Positions 31,621-39,243 of a DNA stretch of 39,243 bases are shown one piece after another; within the stretch, counting starts at the first letter, position 1; each line of letters opens with the position of its first letter. A model generated the notes under the pieces. That model was not told the DNA's origin and made no database searches. It saw nothing but the letters and a program-made list of their open reading frames with translations. The stretch comes from Saprolegnia diclina VS20 (lineage: Eukaryota), in NCBI RefSeq assembly GCF_000281045.1, contig NW_008246077.1, positions 1,021,303 through 1,060,545 of the forward strand, written 5' to 3'. The translations under genes and the position numbers were made by a program.

Positions 31621-32845
31621 TCATGTGCGCTTGTACGCGCGGACATAGTCGACATACATGCGCTGAGGAAAGACGGTGGTCGCGTTGGGACTCCCCGGCC
31701 AGTCGCCGCCCACCGCTAGGTTCAAAATGAAGTAGAACGGGTCTTTGGGTATGAAGAAGAAGGCGGACGGGGCCCACTGGGCGCTCGAGAGGATGTAATA
31801 GACGCTGCCGTCGTACAGCCACGAGATGAACGTTGGTGTCCACTCGACTAGACGTAAAGTATCAATGTGTCAATATATCAGTGGCAGTCGGAGCCATAAT
31901 TGACCGTGGCCGCCGTGCCCGTCGTGCCACAGCCCGCCGACGTGTGGAGGTTGTTGCACGATGGACCATAATGGTAGTTGCCTAATTGGCATGAGAGTGC
32001 GACGTCTCTGGGAACAGGGCGGACCGTTGAGCGTATTGGGAAAGTCCCCCGTGTACTCCATAATGTCGATCTCGCCGGCTGTGGGCCAGCACGCACTCGT
32101 GCGCGGCATGAGCCTACGTCTGTCGAATAAAGAAGCGCCGATGATGAAGTATACCAAAAGGCTGGCCACATGCCTTGGCCGACCGGGAGCTTGATGCGCG
32201 CTTCAAAGCGGCCATACTGCTGCGCAAATGAGAGTGAGGTGTCGAGACGCCCGGACCGATACTGCCGCGTGCCAGCAGCAGGATATGTACGACTCGTTCG
32301 TAGCCTCAATGACGAGCGACCCGTTCGTGACGTAGACTTGACTCGCCAAGTACACTTGGAGCTCGTTGTTGTAGACGCAGTTGTTGCCGGTCGAGCAGTC
32401 GTTGAGGACTCTCCATGTGTTTTTGTTGAGCGTGTCAAAGTTGTCCTCAAACATGAGCGTCCACGTCGAGACAACGGCACTGGGTGCCGCGGCCGTCGGG
32501 GCTAGTGTTGTCGTCGCATGGGTCAATATTATTGACCCATGTCGTCGTCGGCGCTGCGAGAGCTTTGATTCGTCTCGTCCCAGCCGGCGCTTGGATGCTT
32601 GGCGATGGGACTGTCGTGAATTGTGGCACAAAGAGCTCGAACAGCGCGAAGGCTGAAGTCGTATGCTACAGGAGACAGAGGTGACTCTCAGCGCAATGAG
32701 CTCCGGCTATCTTTTACCAGAGAGAGGCTGGACAGCGCTGTCACTGTGGCCGACGAGGCCGAGTCTGACGCTCCACCAACGTCGATGCAGCGCGGATGCT
32801 GTCGCTGACGAGGGCGAATCCCACAAGAAGATAGCTTGCATGCAT
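31621..32845 (-). pseudogene. Disrupted GH16 beta-1,3-glucanase-like gene
   Basis: WTLMFEDNF, GRFEARIKLP, WPAFW, GEIDIMEY and YVDYVRAY are present. Lesions: frameshift near 32283, TGA at 31880-31878 with loss of the splice donor, and a 31-nt insertion at 32517-32547. The 5' limit is uncertain (candidate ATG 32845). Confidence 0.8.
32517..32541. repeat. 25-nt palindrome (12-bp arms) flanked by TCGTCG direct repeats
   Basis: CATGGGTCAATA-T-TATTGACCCATG, with TCGTCG at 32511-32516 and 32542-32547. Confidence 0.9.
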
Positions 32846-33704
32846 GGGAGTTCTTGAGGCTACGTCACGTCATAAGCGAGGACGCCTGCCCGAGGTGGCG
32901 TACCGGTATCAGTGGTGAGAGTTCTACAAGTGAGCTTCGAGTCCAGACTGCTGATCGCGATGAATTGAGCTCAGTGGGAAGCTGATGCTGACGATCTGAT
33001 ATCGCGCAAGTGGAGACGATGGCTCCACTGATGGGACACCTTGTTGGCAACAACAATCTCATCGTCGCATCAAGTGCTCGCTGCCAATCAAGTTGAACGC
33101 TATTGCACCACTCTCGTAGTCAAGAGCTAGGTGTTTTGTGTGCGTCGTGCGTCAAATGAATGGATTCTAGCGGCATCGTGTATCGGAAGGACCACTTGGA
33201 TTCGGATACTGCTCAAGTGGATGCGTATCATTGCAAGAGGACCGAAGAGAACAAGATCTGCTTTGGGATTACAAGTCGTCAGTGCACTAGGAGGTTTCCA
33301 TGTTCGCGTAGTCCTCCGATCGTCTGCATTTCGAAACATACACTCGCCACGGAGCGCAATCTTCGCTCAGCTCTTGCGCGTCAAAGGACTCTGAGCAAAT
33401 CGCAATCGCACATCATCGTTAGCAACCGTACGGGCGCTTGGCGGTGCCGAACCTTGTCGTCGCCACGGGACCATCTTGTTTGTGGGTGCAGTTGTTGACT
33501 ACAGTCTTATTCCTGATTTAAATCTCTAGTTGCAGCTATGCAACAGTTCTCCCACGACAAGTCGAAGATACTACCGGTACCGGACGTAGTACCAAGGCCA
33601 TAACATCGGACGTGGAGAAAAATATGATGCACTATCTAGCTCTTTTGTACACGCTAAAACGCATGATCATAGTAATATATTACTGTCCACCGACATGCAG
33701 AACT

Positions 33705-34835
33705 CTACGGACGGTTTGTAGCATTCGAAGGCACATACTGAGCAGCGTCGCCGAGGACGGGAAACGACACGGCCCCCACTACGCAAGATAAAGTCGGTTT
33801 GGTTCTCGACGAGGGCAGACTACCATGTTTGTACACGCGCACATAGTCGACGTACAAGCGCTGCGGGAAGATCGTGGTCGGGGTAGGGTTGCCGGGCCAT
33901 CCGCCGCCAACGGCAAAGTTAAAGATGATGTAAAAGGGCTTGGCCGGAATGAAGAACGGCGCCTTGTTGGTGCACTGAGAGCTATCCAGCTTGTAGTAGA
34001 GGTGGCCGTCGAAAAACCACGAAATCGACGTGGGCGTCCACTCGGCTAATCGCACACAACTTTTAGCTCCCGACCAGCGACGAGTCTCATCGCACCTGCG
34101 TAAACATGGTACTCGTTGTTGAGCGCGACGTCAATGGCTTTGCCCGTCGTGCCGCACACGGACGCGTCCGAGTGCAGATTCTTGCTGCATTGTTGACCAA
34201 AATGAAAGTTGCCTACGCCAAGTCGGAGCGATGAGCCGGGTCGTGCCGCTGCGGTGCCTACCGTGAATAGCTTTCGGCTTCTTGTTGCCAATGTACTCCA
34301 TGATATCAATCTCGCCGTCCGTGGGCCAGCACCGACCGCCCCGCGGCATGAGCCTACGACAGAGATGGAAACGAGATCACTCCGGGCGGACATACCAGAA
34401 GGCTGGCCACATGCCTTGGCCCGTTGGAAGTTTGATGCGCGCTTCAAACCGGCCGTACTGCTGTGCAAAGCTGCCGGACGAGTCCATGCGCCCGGACCGG
34501 TACTGGCGTGTGCCGGCAGCTGGCGACGTGTACGACTGGTTGGTCGCTTCGATGACGAGTTTGCCCTTCTCGGCACGGATTTGGCTGGCCATGTACACTT
34601 GGAGCTCCTTGTTTTGCGCGCAGTTGTTGTTGGTGGAGCAGTCGTTGTGAAGCCGCCAGCGCGAGGCGTCGACGGTGTTGAAGTTGTCTTCGAAGGTGAG
34701 CTGCCACTTGGTGCCACCAGTCAAGTTGGCATTGGGAACGACAAGGATCGTGGATGCGTTGGAGGTCGCAGCGATCGCCGAGACGAGGAGACTCAGCGAG
34801 ACAACGAAAAGACGAGCGGGGCACAAGGGCGCCAT
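33705..34835 (-). CDS. Secreted glycoside hydrolase family 16 (laminarinase-like beta-1,3-glucanase)
   Basis: Signal peptide MAPLCPARLFVVSLSLLVSAIAA, WQLTFEDNF, YGRFEARIKLP, WPAFW, catalytic EIDIME, YVDYVRVY. 3-4 short introns. Confidence 0.92.
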
Positions 34836-34838
34836 GGG

Positions 34839-34854
34839 CAAAGTAAAAATGAGC
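34839..34854 (-). promoter_or_regulatory. Oomycete initiator-like core promoter motif
   Basis: Minus strand GCTCATTTTTACTTTG, just upstream of the ATG at 34835, resembles the oomycete consensus GCTCATTYYNCAWTTT. Confidence 0.5.
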
Positions 34855-35645
34855 TGCAGATGCTGTGTGCGTCGGTCGTATTTGCATCTTGCGTTTTGCA
34901 GCAAGAAGAAGTGCTGAGGTCGCGAGTAATTTCTGATGCTCCGATCACCCGTCCCACTCTCGCCGTCGTGCAGAAGCGGATGGAAACCAGATGTGTTTGG
35001 TGCGGCTTCTTTGACGGCACTTTGCCCTATGACAGCGCACGTTCACAGTAGGTCTCTCCACGAGCGACTGGAATCGCGGTTCCCACCAGCCTGCTACCCC
35101 CCGTTCGATGCTTTTCCTCCCCATCACCCTCCCCGTCGCGCAGATCGCACAATGAATTTGGGTTATACTAGTATACCATTAAGCCCTTGGTAGTACCAAC
35201 GCTAGCAGTTATGAATCAGGTTACTAGACATGCCGACGACGTTCGGTTCGCGAACGTATCGTATAGTTATAAATCCAATGACCTGTTGTTGAAATGCGTT
35301 ATTACTCAATCGGCCTGTGTGCGTCGTTGCCTGGCTGTCCTGGGTCATACCGTTTGACGACCCAGATTCCCAAGCTCCAAGCTCCGTACACGACCAGATC
35401 ACAAGCTTCAAACAACACCATATGCCCAGAAAGCGACTCTTGATAGCGGACATACCAACAATATGATGGGGAAGGAGCTTATAGAGCTTGTTGTTTTGTC
35501 CACCACGTCTACCCTACCCCTTGGACATTGACCAGCGCGCGTGTGCCTTCTGCCGTGCAGACTCGTGCGCTAACGCGGCTTGGATCAACAGATGCGTGTG
35601 ACAACACCATAAATGTCAAGCCGCTTGCATCCGTCTCACTTTTCA

Positions 35646-36714
35646 ATGTACTCGCTCCTGCTCTTGCTTCTCGGCGCGGTGTCGGCCACCAACTGCACCA
35701 CGCTCAATAGCACGGCGCGCCCGGTGCCGTTCAGCTTGTCGCCGCTCGCCGGGTGGCAGGTCACGTTCGAAGACAACTTCGACGTTCTCAACAAGTCGCG
35801 CTGGACGATTGCCAACGAGTGTTCGACCGAGCACGAATGCGCCCACAACAAAGAGGAGCAAGTGTACTTGGCGTCGCAAGTGCGCGTCGAGGACGGCAAC
35901 CTCGTCGTCGAGGCGACGCGTGACGCGTACACGTCACCGGCCGCCGGCACGCGCCAGTATCGTTCCGGGCGGCTCGACTCGTCCGGGTCGTTTGCGCAGC
36001 AATTTGGCCGCTTTGAAGCGCGCATCAAGCTCCCGGTCGGTCTTGGCATGTGGCCCGCCTTCTGGTCTAGTTTATCGATCGAAAATGCACTGCATGAATA
36101 TCGAATGGCGTAGGCTCATGCCGCGCGGCGGGCGGTGCTGGCCCACGGACGGCGAGATTGACATTATGGAGTACGTGGGGCAGTCGCCCGACCAGATTCA
36201 CGGTGCGTGCATGCTTGATGACATTCTACTATTTTGATGCGGCGCAGGCAACTACCACTTTGGTCCGAGCTGCAACCGCAACTTCCACGACGACAAGGCA
36301 GTGTGCGGCAAGACGGGCAAGTCCAAGCAAGTCGACCTCGACAATGGCTTCCACGTGTACGCCGGTACGTCGTTCACTTGTTGCAACCAACCTATGAACA
36401 AACGCGCTACTACTCCAGTCGAGTGGACGCCAACGGCGATTTCGTGGTACTTTGACGGCCAGTTGTACTACGTCCTCGACAGCAACCAGTGCACAGACAA
36501 GGCGCCGTTTTACATTCCGCAAAAGACGTTCTACATCATCTTGAACCTCGCGGTTGGCGGCACGTGGCCCGGGAGTCCGTCCGCGTCGACAGTGTTTCCC
36601 CAGCGTATGCTCGTCGACTATGTCCGCGTCTACAAGCCTCGTGAGTCCCCTCCATTCCGGGCGCTGGAAGCCACATATCTCCTTGTAGTGCACGCCGTGA
36701 TTGGACAGCTCTAG
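35646..36714 (+). CDS. Secreted glycoside hydrolase family 16 (laminarinase-like beta-1,3-glucanase)
   Basis: Signal peptide MYSLLLLLLGAVSA, WQVTFEDNF, FGRFEARIKLP, WPAFW, GEIDIMEY, LVDYVRVY. Introns at positions equivalent to the paralogue at 33705-34835. Confidence 0.92.
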
Positions 36715-37102
36715 AAGCACCTTTGGATAGACGATACCACATCCGTAACAACTGCAATACACGCGTCTATCTTAGAGACCATCTTGTTATTTGCACTTGT
36801 CTTTACGTCATTTAGTCTGTGCGAGAACGAGAACGGAGCGCCAAGAAGTTCATGCTCTCAATATTGACTTAGCACCGTCTGCGGTGGGTGTTTCGGATTC
36901 TATCGCTGGCTAGTCGCCTGGCCAGCTCTGGCTGTCAAGATGCTTAGTCGGTCGCCTTAGGACCAGTAGGGGAATTCCTACTTTACATGCTGGAAGTGCG
37001 GGGCCAGTAGGTGGTGTCCATTTCTTCTCTATCCCATTGGCGTTGTCATCGGAACCACCATGCTGGTGCTTCACAACGTCGCTCGGCAGGGGGTATTTTT
37101 CT

Positions 37103-37126
37103 CCACAACACCACAACACCACAACA
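37103..37126 (+). repeat. Tandem repeat (CCACAACA)x3
   Basis: Three exact 8-nt units ending 2 nt before the ATG at 37129. Confidence 0.85.
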
Positions 37127-37128
37127 CG

Positions 37129-37335
37129 ATGCGCGGACTAGTGTTGTTGCTGGCCGCCACGCTCGTGATGGGCACTCAGTCCATGGTGCCAGCGAACGCG
37201 ACCAACGCCAAAGCCAAGTGGACGCTCACCTCTAACGACGAATTCAACTCGTTGGACCGGGCAAAGTGGCGTATCCTCAACGACTGATCGACGACCAACA
37301 ACTGCATCTACAACGACGAGCTCCAAGCATAGTAG
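37129..37335 (+). pseudogene. Truncated GH16 gene (5' fragment only)
   Basis: MRGLVLLLAATLVMG..KWTLTSNDEFNSLDRAKWRILND*STTNNCIYNDELQA** aligns by eye with the paralogues' NDCSTxNNCxxNxELQVY. The Cys codon is TGA and similarity ends at 37331. Confidence 0.85.
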
Positions 37336-38541
37336 TACCAAGGGTATCTATAGCTTTGCTAGTGCCTTGTCATGGCTGACCATTGCCCTTCGTCTGGCAC
37401 CTGCGCGGCGAGGTCCAATGCATTCCGCTGCATGACAAACGGCGCGAGTGCGCGAGGCCGTTCCCTAGATCGCCTTGGAGCCGTTGGCCCTCCATCTAGT
37501 GCAGCGATGGGTTGTGCTCCACCCGAAGCGAATGGTTCTTGACTAGGGTGGATTTGACGATCTAAAATGCATCGATACAGTACAATACACTGTTTTCAAT
37601 ATATTGCCCATTTCCAAGTGCATTTCTAACCAGGTATTAATAAATGTACGGCAATCATTAGGGAGCCACCCAGGGAGCCACCTGCAAGCTCACACTGTCA
37701 CGACACCATGCAAGCTTCCATATGGTGTTGTAGACAGTTCACCATCGGTGACTGGTTTCGATCACCCGCGCTGGTGCTCGTACCAGGCCCTCTTCCCAGA
37801 CGCCCTCATCCTCGACGCCCTCGTCCCGGACGTAGTCTTTAAGGGCTTGGAAATTCAGTTTCCATTTTGCCTTTCAGCAAGCATTTAACACACACACCAG
37901 CTTTGCACAATTGCCAACGTGTCCTGGCTAGGACTGTCCACGAGTATGACACCCCGGCAACCTTGGGGCCGTTGGATATAGGGTCGAAATATGTGCCCGC
38001 GCGAATCTACCTACCGATGGGCACGTAAGCATTTACGAGGTGCCAAAGCGATTGCGGCACCAGCTATCACGTGGCTATCAGCCGTACCGCCCAAACAGAC
38101 GATTAGGTTACCATCGGTGACACCACGCGTTAAGCTTGCTACTGCAAGCAAAATGGTTCCTGATATGGTGACATGAACCGCGTTTGACGTACACGTGGCT
38201 GCGAGGAAGGCCAGAGCGCTGCTTTGACACACATTGTGCGTGGCGTGCGGTGGTCTAGGCGCGCGCATGATGATTCTGATGGGCGAATACACGACCGATT
38301 GTGATTCTGGCGATGACAGCGCAAATCAGATCCATGTACCAATCTCACGTGGGTCGATGCCCAACTCGAACTTACATCCGGTGAAGACCTGCCGTTCGTT
38401 CGAGTTTTGACGCCGTAAATCCAAAACATGTGGTTTTCAAGGTGCCGTCAGGTCGGAGAGGGTGGTACTCGCGTAAAGCGGCTCTTTGTTGTGTTGTCCG
38501 AGTTGTGCTCCATGTCGACGGCGGTCATCGCAAGCTCAATG

Positions 38542-38557
38542 GTTCATTTTCCAATTG
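38542..38557 (+). promoter_or_regulatory. Oomycete initiator + FPR core promoter motif
   Basis: GTTCATTTTCCAATTG matches GCTCATTYYNCAWTTT at 14 of 16 positions and ends 27 nt before the ATG at 38585. Confidence 0.6.
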
Positions 38558-38584
38558 ATGTGCTTTGACACTCCTCCTTCCTCA

Positions 38585-38743
38585 ATGAAATCCATCATCT
38601 TCACCACGGCGCTTCTCGCCGCGTCGGCGTCTGCCCTCGAAATGACCACCGAAGAACCCAGCGCGGTGACGGTCGCATGCGTCAGATGCGGCACCACTGT
38701 GGCATTTGTGTCGGACAAGACATTGAATGCTAGAAGTCCATGA
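38585..38743 (+). CDS. Small (52 aa) putative secreted protein with one CxxC, or a truncated gene
   Basis: MKSIIFTTALLAASASA signal-peptide-like start, then LEMTTEEPSAVTVACVRCGTTVAFVSDKTLNARSP-TGA. Initiator motif upstream. Confidence 0.5.
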   Translation: MKSIIFTTALLAASASALEMTTEEPSAVTVACVRCGTTVAFVSDKTLNARSP

Positions 38744-38756
38744 GCATATTTTACAT

Positions 38757-39243
38757 TCAAAGCCAAACGAATAAAGTTCCATGCAAGTTGGGGTCGTCCA
38801 CGCAGCGTTTCCCACTTTCATTGAGAGAATTCTTGATCTCGGTCGAGAGAGATCGGTCTCCGCGCTTGCTATGCTTGCCGGCGCCCGCAACGACGCAAAT
38901 ACAATCGTGTCCTTTGGCTTCGAGCAGCGGTAACTTCTGGTGAATCAGTGTCAGAGCCTGCTTGACAGTGAGGTAGTGCACGTCGATCTGGCCGATTTCC
39001 CCGCAATTCCAATTGCGAGATTTTGAGATGGCTTCGAGACACTTGGCCCTTTTCGCTTCAATCTGCAGGCGGAGTTGATGCTGCAAGACACGCTCCTTGT
39101 TGAGACCCCGCATGTCGCCCCTGGCCTTGGCTTCCCCCCCTTTCTTGTACGACTCTTTGTGTTTGCGAACTTCATCATCCGTCTGAAATTCCTTGTAGAT
39201 GTGGTCAAGGTTGGTTGGTACTTGTTCCGATGTTCGTGTTGGC
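38757..39243 (-). CDS. Smr-domain protein (5'-partial), helical DUF1771-like segment followed by Smr
   Basis: IDVHYLTVKQAL..ICVVAGAGKHS..LSTEIKNSL..NLHGTLFVWL fits the Smr pattern (DxH, GxGxHS, C-terminal G-x-hydrophobic strand). Frame is open to the window end. Confidence 0.82.
   Translation of the reverse strand, partial: PTRTSEQVPTNLDHIYKEFQTDDEVRKHKESYKKGGEAKARGDMRGLNKERVLQHQLRLQIEAKRAKCLEAISKSRNWNCGEIGQIDVHYLTVKQALTLIHQKLPLLEAKGHDCICVVAGAGKHSKRGDRSLSTEIKNSLNESGKRCVDDPNLHGTLFVWL

Noticed and set aside
32532..32841. Alternative small spliced gene ending ..SADDDMGQ-stop inside the palindrome
   Set aside because: No recognisable features. The Ser/Thr/Pro-rich frame that joins GH16 after removing the insertion explains the region better, but this is not proven.
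32860..33700. ORFs in the spacer between GH16 copies (e.g. 33160-33498)
   Set aside because: No recognisable motif and codon usage unlike the real genes.
37660..37835. AGGGAGCCACC x2 and imperfect 15-nt GACGCCCTC repeats
   Set aside because: Too short and too few; no spacer structure, so not CRISPR-like. At most a relic of coding repeats.

Overview
Gene-dense, intron-containing eukaryotic DNA with GC-rich exons, short (about 45-60 nt) GT-AG introns and oomycete-type initiator motifs. It is most consistent with a saprolegnian oomycete (inference, no database search was possible). Left to right: hypothetical genes, a degenerate PA/M28-like membrane protein, TMEM41 (VTT/DedA), a ~9.8 kb BEACH-WD40 gene with a C3HC4 RING inserted in its ConA-like region, a 100-N gap with the 3' end of a non-LTR retrotransposon, a class I cyclic-nucleotide phosphodiesterase, a MYND-finger protein, threonine deaminase, RAMP4/SERP1, MANF, a Glo3-type ArfGAP, two head-to-head paralogues, a GH16 beta-glucanase cluster (two intact genes, two pseudogenes), a small secreted CxxC ORF and a partial Smr-domain gene. 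The most unusual element is the head-to-head pair. Each encodes DFR/CCR-like SDR + FYVE + ARM-like + BTB/BACK, keeps the nucleotide-binding motif, and has lost the catalytic YxxxK. This suggests a dinucleotide-sensing, PI3P-targeted Cullin-3 adaptor (hypothesis). Gene models were spliced by eye, so boundaries are approximate where stated.
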